Assembly (NCBI RefSeq): GCF_009914755.1
Contig: NC_060929.1
Strand: one strand, 5' to 3'
DNA: 64,000 bases
Origin: the human T2T-CHM13v2.0 reference genome, Homo sapiens
In this document: positions 37,486-50,670 of the stretch, piece by piece
Numbering within the stretch: position 1 is the first letter of the stretch
Layout of the letters: the number at the start of each line of letters is the position of its first letter
Position numbers and translations under genes: made by a program
Notes under the pieces: generated by a model
What the model was told of the DNA's origin: nothing
The model's input: only the letters and a program-made list of their open reading frames with translations
The model's database searches: none

Positions 37486-39988
37486 GCAAAAGACAAATTT
37501 GATTAAGTTTATGGATGGCCTGGATGTCTGTAGAATTCTTTAGTAAAATGAGAATTCAATAACATTATTATATTAACAGTAAAATATCTACAGAAGTTAC
37601 TATGCCTCATAATTTATTAAGGAGCTTAAATACATTAAATATACAAACTTCATTAATAAATGTAATTATCTGTAATTTACCAGTGATGTCACAACATAAG
37701 GCAAATTATATAACTTGTCTCAACATGGTACAGAGTAAAAGAAAAAAGTAATTCTACTTCCATCTTCAAATCTATGTTCTTAATCACAATACGGTAATAT
37801 TCCCATTATACATCTTCACCACAATGTGCCCTTTTGTTTATCTTAAACAATTTTTCCTGGAATTTTCAAATTAATATTTTTTATTTCAAAATTGCTTTTT
37901 ATTACAATATTCAGCATATTTTCTCTTTATTTTGCTATATAGTTTTTCCTTTAGATATATGTTTTATCTATGGCAGTTTTTTTTTCTGTCTTATATGTTC
38001 TCTCTAATTATTGCCTTCTTTAGACCCCTGCATTTTGTGTATAAGATATTGCTCAAACTGCATTTCAATGTAGTTTTCATGGAAATATTAATGCTAGTTA
38101 TATACATGAACTTTATCAATATCAGAAAAATTAAAAATTGTGTATTACCATATTCAAAGCTCTTACTAATCTTACAGTTTTAAACAATTTTATCTAAGCA
38201 CATTTCTTAAACTAATTTCACATCCATCACAAACAGACGTAAGCATAAGCACACATATGCCTTTTTTCTACATGGGATATCTCACATTGGGCAATGTTAC
38301 TGTGCATATTTGCTTAGGTGTGCTGTTTGTGTCACTGAGTTTTATGTCTTCAATATTGATTTTGTTCAGCCGATTATGTTGTTTAGCTACTGTGATGATC
38401 CTCTTTCTTCTTAATGATTTTTTTTCATAACCCAGCTCTTTTATATTCAGTTTTCCTATTACTCAGATTTTCAAATTTCACATTCTCTTTAAATTAAGGA
38501 TGCAGTTGTGGTGCTAGAATAACGTGGGTTGTTTAAAATTTCTTTGTTATATTAAATCTTCTTTCTAAGCATGTTTAAAATCAGTCTTTTGCAAGATTAT
38601 CTTTTTCTCCTTCTCCTACCCTTCCCTTTGTCCTTCACTGCTATTGCCTCTCTACAAAATTATTCCATTATTCCCATTTATTTTGGTATTATTAATTTTG
38701 ATCAGAACCCACAAATATCTAGATAAACTATTTGCCTGAAAATCACATATATGGGCTATTTTTTTTTTTTACTATCTCCTGTTTGAATTCACACCTAAAA
38801 ACTTTACTGTGGAATATCTGATGTGTAGTCATTGTTCAGACATTCAGTTACCTGTGAGTGGAGAGAAGAACCTATGGACACAGTTAATGCTAAAGTCTAT
38901 ATTTTTTTTTTTAAATCTAAATTTCATGAAAGTTGGTTGAATATCTTCAATTCTTCTTATCCATAAAGTGATTGGTATATCTTGCTTCACTTTGCAATGT
39001 AATGACAATGAAAATTGAATTAAAATACATTTTATCTACTCTCCACTCCAAAGCTTCTTTTGGTCTGCTACTACGATTTTTGCTTGTAGGATGTTTACAC
39101 TATTGCTTGCTCTCCACTCTTACCATCAGACCATATCTTTTCTATTTAGGGATTTAGTCAATGAGCAAAAGTGATGATGTACAATTAGGCCATCTTTCCT
39201 TTTGTACTGTATTGATAAGCCCTGATGAAATTTACTGAAAATAAAATTTATTGTCTCCTGTAAAACACACACATATGCACAATTCTGGTCTCTCTATATT
39301 GGAAAAGATTTGTAGGATATTTTAATATTTATTTTACTTACTTCCCACGAACGTTTCCATGCCATTCATTAAGAGAGTTTTATATGATTTCCACTGTCCT
39401 CTTTCATTTGCTCCAAATTCTATTTAAATTGCCATAAAACTGTGCATTTGTGTAATGAAGCTAGAGGCATTCTCTTTCAGTAGGGATGATCTTTTTCACT
39501 TCTTTTTCTTTAGCTTGGTTCAATGTGAATAAAGAAAATTTTACAAAGAGGCATAAATGCTGATTCTTTTTCATTTAATTTTTATCTCCTAACTTTTAAA
39601 TTCAACAATATAATTTATAATTATTCTCTTAAAAATGTGTTCTTTACTGTTTCTGTCGGAAACATAAGCCTAACAAGTTTTAGCAATTCATTCAGTCTGA
39701 TGTTTTATGACACTGTGGTGTCCCAGCCCAGGAAGAACATGTTGGTATATCCAGTTTGCGTTTATAAGAAATTAAACTGGTCAGAGCTGTGGCTATAGAT
39801 TTAAGAATTAAACATAGAAGAAAAAGAACAAAATACACAAAAAGTAACACCTTTTAAATTATTCTGAATCTGGAGTCCTGGAAAGACTATAGGGGTTAGT
39901 TGTAAAGTTAAGAAGTGGTACTGAGTTCAGTATTTGGAATAAATTTCATTTTTTCTTTACTTGTAGATTTGATGCTGGATTGACAGCA

Positions 39989-39989
<1 letters not shown>

Positions 39990-40026
<37 letters not shown>
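39990..40026. repeat. (CA)18 microsatellite
   Basis: Uninterrupted CA run. Confidence 0.97.
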
Positions 40027-40028
<2 letters not shown>

Positions 40029-40425
40029 ACCCAATGAGCCACTGACTGTTTTTTAATAGAAGCAGCAAATAGAGATATTTATTCCATATTATCTACAATA
40101 GTATTTTGTGGCATCACTGTCTAACTGAAATGGGAAAATTGGAACAATTATATTTCCAAAGTTTGCAGACTATCATGGTAGACATTTTGTACATAGAAAA
40201 AAATACAGGCCTAAAGAGAAGGTTATAACACAATGCTTGAATATATAGGGCTCTTCAGGTCATTACAAACTAATTACTCTCAATTTTAATCAATTATCTT
40301 GCTTCTATTATTTTCAACTCAGAAACTCCAGTAGAACCACACTCCAATAAAGACACGGGAATTTTCACTGAAATTTTTGTGACTTGTCTGTTGGCCCTAG
40401 ATATTAAGGCTCATTGAAAATGTGG

Positions 40426-40750
40426 GGCTGGATGCAGTGGCTCATGCCTGTAATCCCAGCACTTTGGGAGGCTAAGCAAACCTTGAACCTAGGAGGTCAA
40501 GGCCAACTTGGGCAACATAGTGAGACCCCATATCTACAAAAAATAAAAATATTAGCCATGTGTGGTGGTGTGTGCCTGTAGTCCCTGCTATTTGGGAGGC
40601 TGAGGCAGCTGTGGATCCTTTGAGTCTAGGAGCTGGAATTGAAGCCAACTGTGATCCTGCCACTCCCCTCCAGCCTGGGTGACACCAGCCTGGGCAAAAA
40701 AGTGAGAATCTCTCTCAAAAAAAAAATTAAAAATAAAGTATTAATAAAAT
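40426..40750 (+). mobile_element. AluJ (Jo-like)
   Basis: Diverged dimer with GGGCAACATAGTGAGACCCC and CCTGTAGTCCC, an internal CCAGCCTGGG duplication and an A-rich tail. Confidence 0.88.
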
Positions 40751-42380
40751 AAAATGCAGCTATTTGCTATATCACATTTCTCCACATTGACTCAGGAAAC
40801 TTCTCTCTTCAGAATTTCTCACTTTGTATTGTTTTGTTAGGTTCAGTTGTGAGGTTTTCATATGTTGTTAGGATTTATTTTCAGTGTTAAAGCAATACAT
40901 TTAAGAGATGTAACATATGTTTTAAAATGTTCATGTTGTTATAATGGATGTGGTATTGGGGCAAATCTAACTTTTTATGATGCTCTTTAAATTTTAAGTT
41001 TGCATGTTTAACAACAGTCAGTTGTTACTGATTATGACAAGCTGTACCAGTTATAAAAAATGCATAATTGCACACAAAGTTTCAATTATGGTTCCCTTAA
41101 TTACCAGAATAAAATTTCATTAACTCCTTGCTTGTATTTCTTCTGTCAAGCAAAGCAATATTTTTTGATCACTAAGTGAAAACTCAGTTTGTTTAGAATT
41201 ACTGAAATATTTTCCTTTTATTTCACTTTATTATTAAAATGGCTTTGGCACTAATTTTAAATGGTATCATTTTCTTTTCTATTTCATCCAAATGTACTCA
41301 ATCTTTAATGTGGTAACTGCCACGTAGTAAAACATAAGTAAATATTTGTTGAGTATATGAAAATAAATGATATAAAAAATAGAAATTTGGTGAAAATTTA
41401 TGTATTTTTCCTCTAAAATCAAAAGCAATGACTGATAAGAAAAAACATTATACAAACTTAAAACAAAGTATTATAAAAAAATTATACAAACTTAAAAATA
41501 AGCATTTAAATTTAGTAGCCTAGTAAGGCCTGGAAAGTTCTCTAAAACTTCAAATACAATTTTGTATATTTTTAAAATATACCTTACAATTCAAGTTAAA
41601 TGTCAGATTTGACGTTTGTTCCCTACTGCTGCTAAACAAATGCTACATGTAATTTAGCATTATAGTAGCTTGTCTTGACCCAACTTGATCATTTTAATGG
41701 GTATTTAAAAGATTAATTCACATAAGAGTAAATAACTGGGCATATTTTTCCTGTTTATTTTTCCCAAGACAAATGAGGAAGTGCAGCATTTAGTTTGCAC
41801 TCTATGTTTTTCTGCCTTGTCACATATACTACTTTGATTAATAAAAGGTTAACTTTGTTTATATTTCTTCAGTAGATTTCCTCTATGGTTGAGACAATGT
41901 TTGAGCTGATGTACATTAAAAGTTAAAATATCTGAAATTACGCATAAAGCAGAATGTAAATGGATTTCCAGTGTAATTAAATAACCAAAATTATAATTTT
42001 CTCCTTTATCCAATCTACTGTCATGTTTTCTTTAAAATTTTGATTAGCTATGTACCATTTGTAATATAGGGTATTAGCTTTCACAGAATAAACAACAGTG
42101 CTCCACAAAGAGGAAAAATTGCAGTGAAGAATATCTGCACCACGCTTGTGTTATAGGATCTTTAGGGTATCAGTTTTCTTTCCCTGAAACCTCTGTTGCT
42201 GGTGGCACCTTTGCCCTTTGCCTGAGTTCTTGTCCTGCAGGCAGGAAGAATGAGGTTTGCTGACAAGCGAAGGGTGAAGAATATGAAGAGGAGCTTTATT
42301 TAGAGTTAGAACAGCTCAGAAGGAGATCCACAGTGGGAAGCTCCCCTCTGTGGGCAGGCAGGTCGTCCATGAAGTGTGCA

Positions 42381-42630
42381 GCTCTCAACAGAGAGGAGGC
42401 CCTGGAGAGAGTAATTCCTCTCTAGTCACTGGCAATGCCAAGGTCCACTGCTCTCAGCAGAGAGGAGGCCCTGGAGAGAGTAACTCCTCTCTACCCACTG
42501 GCAGTGCCAAGGTCTGCTGTTCTCAGCACAGAAGAGGCCCTAGAGAGAGTAACTCCTTTCTAGTCACTGGCAGTGCCCAGGTCAGCTGCTGTCAGCAGAG
42601 AGGAGGCCCTGGAGAGGGGAGCTCCTCTCC
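42381..42630. repeat. 69-bp tandem repeat, ~3.6 copies, inside MER52
   Basis: Units start at 42381, 42450, 42519 and 42588 (GCTCTCAGCAGAGAGGAGGCCCTGGAGAGAGTAACTCC...). Confidence 0.93.
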
Positions 42631-42653
42631 TCAGGCAGGTCTGCAGGTCGTAT

Positions 42654-44188
42654 TGAGAGGTGACAGCTGCTGGCAGTCCTCACAGCCCTCGCTCGTTCTC
42701 GGCGCCTCCTCTTCCTGGGCTCCCACTTTGGCGGCACTTGAGGAGCCCTTCAGCCCACTGCTGCACTGTGGGAGCCCCTTTCTGGGCTGGCCAAGGCCGG
42801 AGCCGGCTCCCTCAGCTTGCAGGGTGGTGTGGAGGGAGACGCGCGAGCGGGAACCATGGCTGCCGGTGGCACTTGAGGGCCAGCTGGAGTTCCGGGTGGG
42901 CGTGGGCTTGGCAGGCCCTGCACTCGGAGCAGCCAGCCGGCCCTGCCGGCCCTGGGCAATGAGGGGCTTAGCACCCAGGCCAGCGGCTGCGGAGGGTGTA
43001 CTGGGTCCCCCAGCAGTGCCAGCCGACTGGCGCTGCGCTCAATTTCTCACCGGGCCTTAGCTGCCTTCCTGCAGGGCAGGGCTCAGGACCTGCAGCCCGC
43101 CATGCCTGAGCCTCCCACTCCCTCCATGGGCTCCCTGGCTCCGGAACCTCCCCGATGAGCACTGCCCCCTGCTCCACCGTGCCCAGTCCCATCGACCACC
43201 CAAGGGCTGAGGAGTGCGGGTGCATGGAGCAGGACTGGCAGGCAGCTCCACCTGCAGCCCCGCTGCGGGATCCACTGGGTGAAGCCAACTGGGCTCCTGA
43301 GTCTGGTGGGGACGTAGAGAACCTTTATGTCTTGCCCAGGGATTGTAAATACACCAATTGACACTCTGTATCTAGCTCAAGGTTTGTAAACACACCAATC
43401 AGCACCCTGTGTCTAGCTCAGGGGTTGTGAATGCACCAATGGACATTCTGTATCTAGCTACTCTGGTGGGGCCTTGGAGAACCTTTATGTCTAGCTCAGG
43501 GATTGTAAATATACCAATTGGCACTCTGTATCTAGTTTAAGGTTTGTAAATACACCAATCAGCATCCTGTGTCTAGCTCGGGGTTTGTGAATGCACCAAT
43601 TGACACTCTGTATCTAGCTAATCTGGTGGGGAGGTGGAGAACCTTTGTGTCTAGCTCAGGGATTATAAACACACCAATCAGCACCCTGTCAAAACAGACC
43701 ACTTGGCTCTACCAATCAGCAGGATGTGGGTAAGGCCAGATAAGAGAATAAAAGCAGGCTGCCCGAGCCAGCAGTGGCAACCCGCTGGGGTCCCCTTCCA
43801 CACTGTGGAAGCTTTGTTCTTTTGCTCTTTGCAATAAATCTTGCTACGGCTCACTCTTTGGGTCCACAGTGCTTTTGTGAGCTGTAACACTCACCGCGAA
43901 GGTCTGCAGCTTCACTCCTGAAGCCAGAGAAACCACGAGCCCACCAGGAGGAACGAACAACTCCAGACGCGCCGCTTTAAGAGCTGTAACACTCACCTGC
44001 GAAGGTCTGCAGCTTCACTCCTGAGCTAGTGAGACCACGAACGCAGCAGAAGGAAGAAACTCCGAACACATCCGAACATCAGAAGGAACAAACTCCAGAC
44101 GCGCCACCTTAAGAGCTGTAACATTCACCGCGAGGGTCCGCGGTTTCATTCTTGAAGTCAGACCAAGAACCCACCAATTCCGGACACA
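42654..44188 (+). mobile_element. LTR12C (ERV9/HERV9) solo LTR
   Basis: Starts TGAGAGGTGACAGC..GGCAGTCCTCACAGCCCTCGCTCG and ends CCACCAATTCCGGACACA. 4-bp TSD GTAT/GTTT. Confidence 0.95.
43300..43840 (+). promoter_or_regulatory. ERV9 U3 enhancer/promoter: CCAAT (NF-Y) and GATA repeat array, AATAAAA TATA-like box ~43747, polyA signal ~43833
   Basis: CCAAT at 43354, 43395, 43436, 43514, 43555, 43596, 43674 and 43712, with interleaved TATCTAG (AGATA on the - strand). Confidence 0.8.
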
Positions 44189-46193
44189 GTTTGGCAGTCT
44201 CTGCAGGTCTCTGCAAGTCTATGACACTCTTAGCAGAGAGAGTAGCTCCTCTCTGCTGCTGGTCCGCCGGGCCTCTGCTCAGCTCTGGGGGAGCCTGGGG
44301 CTTTTTATGGGCCTCAGAGGGGAAGTGTGTGCTGACTGGCCCATGGGTGGCCATGGGCAGGCCTGGAAAAGGCACCAGTTCCCACTCCAGTCAGTGGGAC
44401 TGGCAGCCTGACCCCTCAGCCTTCAGGTGCTCCCTGGTCTGAGGCAGGGACCTTACCAGGGACCCACCCCCTTCTGCCTAGGACTCTGCCTCCCGCTGTT
44501 ATTGGCTCCCAGGCTTAGGCCGACTTTGCTCTGAGATCCCAAGGGGCACCAACAGCAGGGCGAAGCCAGGCAGACAGGGCAGGCATTTCCGAGCCTTGCA
44601 AGGGCAGGGGCCGCCTTCTCAGGCCCTCAAGAGTGCAGGGATGCCTGAGTCTGCAGCGGCGGTTTGGGCTGTTGCAGCCCCGCCCAAAAGGGCGGGGCTC
44701 CTCCCTGTTGTGTGGATAGGGCAGCCCCAGCCACACCTCCCTGCTGAAGCTGGGATGATTGCAGTCTGACTGGAGCGGCTGCTGCCATTGCTTGGACTCT
44801 TCTTCAGGAGATAATTACCTAAAAAACATAAAATAAAACCGGTGCCCACTTTCTCATGGTTATGACAAAAGGTTTCACCAGGTGAAGTTTAAAAAGCTCT
44901 GTTAAAATACGGACTGCAAATCTTGGTAGCAAAAAAAAAAAAAAAAAAACCCACAAAAATAACATTGCTACATGTGGGTTTTTATGTCAGTTGATGATGC
45001 TCTTATCTCTTTCATTGGAACATGAAAATGACTATTTTGGATATATAGGACATTTTCAGTAAAGTAAAAAATGAACTAAAAATATAACTTTTCCAAACCT
45101 ATAATTTTATTGAATATATTTGATTTGTGGTGTGTAGATGGACATAATTGTGTATTTTGTAAGACTAGTAACCAGTTAAATAATAATAAAAAAAAAAGCT
45201 AGAGCATCAGAAAAAGTTTCCACCTTGACAGGAAAAACAAGACTTGGGTCGTTAGACTCTAATAGCTTTTAATGTCTTGGGGCATCAAAACAATTACCAC
45301 TTGGAGAGAATGATTTAGCTAGCTGTGAAAGCTACTCAGGAGTAGCTAAATACTTACAAATGTTTCACAGATTTGGTCTGTGAGCTTTATGACCATCTCT
45401 GGACAGATGATCAGCTTTGGTATTGGAATTGCTCTGCAAGGTATGGATCCTGTCCTAGAAAAGCAGATACATTCTTTTGATGCTGTTACCAAATATAGAA
45501 AATTTAACAGTATGCTCAACCATCCTCTCACATTTGCACATACTCAAAATAAAGGAAGTCTTAGACCCACAGTTTCAATTAAGTCAATCACTGTGATTCT
45601 AAATCCTTCAAAGGCTAGTTCCACCTTTCTCCCATGATACCTAATGTGAGTTTTTCCAATGCTTAGCCATGCTGATTCAGCACAAATCTGAAAACTGTGT
45701 GTCTTTTGAAGGAAAACACTTTCTAGAAAACTGTTATTCCTTTCTGTTGTTATATTTCCACACTGATTTGCAGAAAAAGTTGCTAATGCAGTAGCCTCTA
45801 TAAATCTCTTTGTCTCATTGAAAATTATTTACCTTTTATATGTGCCATATACCCCAACCCCACTGAAATATTTTCCTAGGATAAATAATCAGATGCAAGA
45901 AATTAAAACATGCAACATGAATCATCAGAGGATCTTCTACACATGGGGCTGCACTTTCCTTGAAGCCTCAGTAGCAACAGTCACATTCTGTTTAAATGCT
46001 GAAAGCCCAGTCTATTACTGGTAGTTCAGTGTATTACTGGTATTTCTGGGAATCCCTGAAGAAAGATAGTGTATTTCATAAATCTCTTCTGGTCACTGAT
46101 AGTTAATTTTTCTATCCACTATCCTTCCCACTCTCACGAACCACTTTTCTTCTTTTTTATGGCTAACTTCTTTTTCTTTCAAAAATAACTTTC

Positions 46194-46477
46194 TGCCTGT
46201 AATGCCATCACTTTGGGAGGCCGAGGCGGGTGCATTATCTGAGGTCAGAAGTTCAAGACCAGCCTGACCAACATGGTGAAACCTCGTCTCTACTAAAAAT
46301 ACAAAAATTAGCCAGGCATGGTGGTGGGCACTTGTAACCCCAACTACTTGGGAGGCTGAGGCAGGAGAATCACTTGAACCCAGGAAGAGGAGGTTGCATT
46401 GAGCCAAGATCACACCATTCCACTCCAGCCTGGGCGACAGAGCAAGACTCCATCTCAAAAAAATAAATAAATAAAAT
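46194..46477 (+). mobile_element. AluS (Sx/Sz-like), missing the first ~20 nt
   Basis: Starts at TGCCTGTAAT. TSD AAAATAACTTTC / AAAGTAACTTTC. Confidence 0.9.
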
Positions 46478-48899
46478 AAAGTAACTTTCCCAGGATGTTA
46501 CTGTTTGCCCAGACTGTTTTGGTTTAAGCCTGGGTACATGTTCCTTCTTAATTCAGAATGTGGTTAAGACAAGACTATTATTTCACAACACATTATTGAA
46601 ATACAGGGAATAGCAAACTATAATGCATAAAAGCAAATCTTTGAATGAAATTTTATTTATATAATCAATAGCAAGATATCTTATATGAAGTCTTACCCTG
46701 ATAACTTTTTCTGAAGCCTATACTCATGTAACAAGGTTCAGAATGTAACCATAATAATACTTTTGAACATGATTCCTAAACTTGAATCTCCATGAAAATT
46801 ACAGTGTTTAATTAACCTCTACTTTAAGGTTCATCTTTCAACAAATATTCTAATAACTTTCAAAGATGAAACGTTGGTCAGAGAAGAAAGATTCAAAAAG
46901 AACTTTTATATTTGTATAAAATGTTTAAATATATGGAAAAATAACCAAGACTTGTGCTAATGTCAAGCTGTTTGTTGCAGGGCCTATTGTAACAGAACTT
47001 TGCTGTTCTTTCATGTTATGAGACGTTATTTCTCAGACAGGCATTAAGGTCAGTCTTAAAACTGGTTATGGGGAGGCTGATTTCACCCCTACATCTATTC
47101 TCCTAGGATTCGCATGTTGAAGCTCTCCTAGGTAAGAGGATAAGCTGAACCTAAAGGAAAACCAGGAATAGAAATACTCTTCCAGTAATGAAACCAGATT
47201 TGTGGTTAACAAACGTAAAACCAACTACATATTTATCTATCCTATATCCTGCCATCTTCCTCAGGGTACATCTAAATTTCAGCTGCAAGTAGTAAGTGTT
47301 GAGAAGAACCAGGACTTACCCCTTGGAGAGAGTGAGAACAGTGCTTTCTGTCCTCCTTGCTCACTCTAAGCACTCCCTCAGTTTCTAAATGGATGATTTA
47401 GGGTATGAAGTTTTTCTCTTTAAGTGTTATTTGGCAGAATAACCAAAACTTTCAGATACTTATGTGACACAATAATGATCCCAACTAAATCTTTTGTACT
47501 GTATAAACAAACTAGACTCTTTTATTCTTTGACTACTGAAAGTTGTAACATGTTATATAAAATGGCTTTCTGGAGAAAGGCAATAGGGTTTCTGAATTAT
47601 GAACATTGGAACATTAAGTTGAATATTTGCTTTTTGTACTTCAACATGGCAAACAGCATATACTAGTTTGACATTATTATAAAGTAGATATGTGTAAAGA
47701 TAGCACATAATTACTGTCTTGAAATTTCCAATTGCAGAAGAAGCTATTGATAATCTTTATATAATCACATATACAATAAAGTATCTAGGACTTCCATATG
47801 TATGTGTGTGTGGGGCAGGGATGTTCTCTTTTAATGAAAGAATGGTCTTCCCTGAAAAGCATATCCACATTTTCACCAAGTATGCATCTAGACCTCAAAT
47901 TAGAACATGTAAGAAGAACATTTAGCAAGAGCACTGCAATGCATTCATTTTAATACAGAATTTACCATGTTAACCGGTTTGGTTCTTTAATGTATAAGTG
48001 TTAACTTTAACATAATATTAAGTGGAAAATCAAGTTGCATTTTTCCTCAGATTATTATGAATGGAAGTAAAATTTGGCAAAATCTGATAGATCTAATACT
48101 GTTATGACTAAATATTAGTTATCACAATTAGACAAAGTGCAGAAAAATTTTGGCTTGTCTGTAGAACTGACTACTATCATTACTATCTTTTCATAGATAG
48201 ATCTGTCTTCTGCAAATTAAACGTAAATCACTTAAGTCCTAATTCATAAAAATAAAAACTTTTAAATGTGACAGACTAAATGCGCATATAGCACTATATA
48301 GTGATTTATTTGTGAAACCATAATTTATTAAATATATATATATTATATAATGCATTAACAATGGTACTATCAGCAAACTAATGAATTTGTTAGAGATTTT
48401 TATTGTGAGTGATGAAATGAATGGATTTAATATGGATGATTCATTATTCAAGTTAGAGGAAACAAAGTACTTGATTCATAAGAAAAAATAGAACCTAGAT
48501 CAAAATTTGATTTTGAACTAGAGCTACTAATTTAAAGGTAGCTTTAAAAGGGAGCTTTGAGTACCAGTAAGAGTACCCATCTAATACACATTTTGCTTCA
48601 AATGTGTACACGTGTTTTCAGTCTTGCACATTTATGAAATATATAGTCCATACATATGTATATATATAAATTATACTCTAGTGATTTTATTTTAGTCATG
48701 TTTAAACTTTAGTCATGTTTAAATATTTTTCATCAATATATTCTTAGGCTAGAGGGATACAGGCCTATATTTTGGGATCTTTTCCAACAACTAAATGCTA
48801 TTGTAGGACAAATTTAGTTGATATTCTAAAACACTGGAATCTTTTATTTCAACTCATTGGGAAGAGTATATGTAAGTCAAATTTATCTGTGGTGGCCTT

Positions 48900-50670
48900 C
48901 CTGAGAAATCTTATCTATTCTCAGAATTTAATTAAAGACTTACTCTAAGTTAATGCTTAACAAATAAGTGTTGCTACATTAGAATATTGTTGAGGTTAAT
49001 TTTATCCAACATTCAGCTGAATGTTAGATCTATTCCTTGCCATACCAATGTCCATGAAAACATTAAAATCAGCATCTCGAAAGAAAAGCTCATTTTCTTT
49101 CCTCTAATGCATTGCTTTTTCTATTTTTACTCTTATTCTTTATCATAATGAATAATATCCAGGAGTCACCCTGGACTATTTTTCTGCTTTGCAGATAATA
49201 TCTATGCAGTGATCAATTCCTGTGTATTCTGACTTCTCAACATTTCTCCTTTCCTTCTTCTCTCCAGATTTATTGTAGGTGGCTCATTGTCTTTTTATTA
49301 AAAATCTGCTTTCTGACTGTGTAAAGTCAAGCCGAGCAGTGTTAATCAGTGTTACAGAAAGCCACAGAGAAAGATCAGATTGGATGTACAATTAATTCAT
49401 GAACACCATCTTTAAATAGGTCCACACAGTCCCTAGTAATCTTCTATGACTACTGGTCAACTGTGCTTTTATACTTGCATATATACTGTTTGCATCTCTA
49501 AATTTGCACACTTTCCTTAACCATTCAACTTTCCATAACCCTAACATTTATCACCTGAATTAACCACCTACTTCAAAGAGAACAGAGAAGACACATATTG
49601 CCATTCCATCACTTTCCTGTTAACAGACATAAAATCAAATACATATTTATCTATCCTATAGCCTTACTATAAAAATAGAGTCTCTGTTCGTTCTCTCATC
49701 TGAGATTGATTTTTATTGTCCCCTGCCGTCTTAAAGGACTTTTAACTATAAATACCCTCTTTCCTAAATACTAAACATTTTCCTAGAATTCTTAAATTTT
49801 CTTAAGGCTCTTCCATAAAATACAAAAGAAAAATAGTCGACTCAAACTCTTATCACTCTTCAGCTACAAATCTCTGTTTCTTCACAGCAAAATTATTCAA
49901 GTTTTTTTAGTTTGATGTCTTTATTTCCTCACGACTCTTCACTTCAGTATGGTTCTGTTCTCTGATTCAGCAGTTGCTGAAACTACTTCTGCTAAGTTGC
50001 TTATGACCTCTACGATTCTTATCATTCTCTACTCTTTAACAGTATTTAACCCAGTAAGCCATTTGCTTATCTTGGCCTTATTTCCTCAGCAATCTTCTGA
50101 TTTCTGCCAGACTGATCAATCATCTCTCTGTCTCACATGTTTTCACATAGTTCCTCATACTTCTCAAACCTCTTGTACTTTTATATGTAGTTTTTTTTCT
50201 GGCTGGAGAGTTTTTCTTTTCAAATTATTTGCCTAGTTAATGCCTTTGTTCTTCACATCTCTGCTGAAAACTTTCGTCATCTAGAACTCTATCTCAACTC
50301 ATCCCGCATTACAAAATATCATAGTACTATTTATCTCTCCTTGACCACAGTTTTAACGTTTGCATTTTCACATTTCTCTGTGTTATCATTTGGGTAATAT
50401 CTTTCTCCTCCATCAGCTGCAAAATGGTTTCGGGTGGATGGGAACCACTGTTGGTTCCTGGCACCATGCTCAACAATTATATGTAGAGTCACTGAATGCA
50501 TATGGTATTATAATTTGATTATGTTGTTTGTTTGTTTTTTTAATCTCAGTGAGGCTTATTATGAACTTTTCAGAATCATGGACTCTATTTATCTTTGCTT
50601 CCCTAATATCAAGCACAGTATCAGTTACATAGAAGGTACTCAAAAATTACTAGTTAAAATAAATTGAGTC
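48900..50670 (+). mobile_element. L2 fragments
   Basis: CCAGGAGTCACCCTGGACT..CAATTCCTGTGTATTCTGACTTC and an L2-type 3' end AGCACAGTATC..CATAGAAGGTACTCAAAAAT. Confidence 0.55.

Larger units (their letters stand above)
42149..44790 (-). mobile_element. MER52-family (ERV1) solo LTR, split by LTR12C
   Basis: TGTTATAGGATCTTTAGGGT..GGAAGAATGAGG..GAGGAGCTTTATT at the left and GGAGCGGCTGCTGCCATTG at the right. 4-bp TSD CTTG at 42145-42148 and 44791-44794. Confidence 0.8.

Noticed and set aside
42350-43060. 236-aa ORF with a repeated 23-aa motif
   Set aside because: GTG start; it is built from a 69-bp repeat plus GC-rich LTR12C sequence, which is stop-poor; it crosses an insertion junction; no recognisable domain.
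43300-43720. Regularly spaced repeats resembling a CRISPR array
   Set aside because: The units are contiguous tandem repeats without unique spacers, they are the known ERV9 U3 array, the context is eukaryotic, and there are no cas genes.
45380-45637. Unique-sequence ORF with a possible splice donor (GCAAG|GTATGG) downstream of LTR12C
   Set aside because: No recognisable protein similarity and no clear acceptor; it cannot be supported without transcript data.
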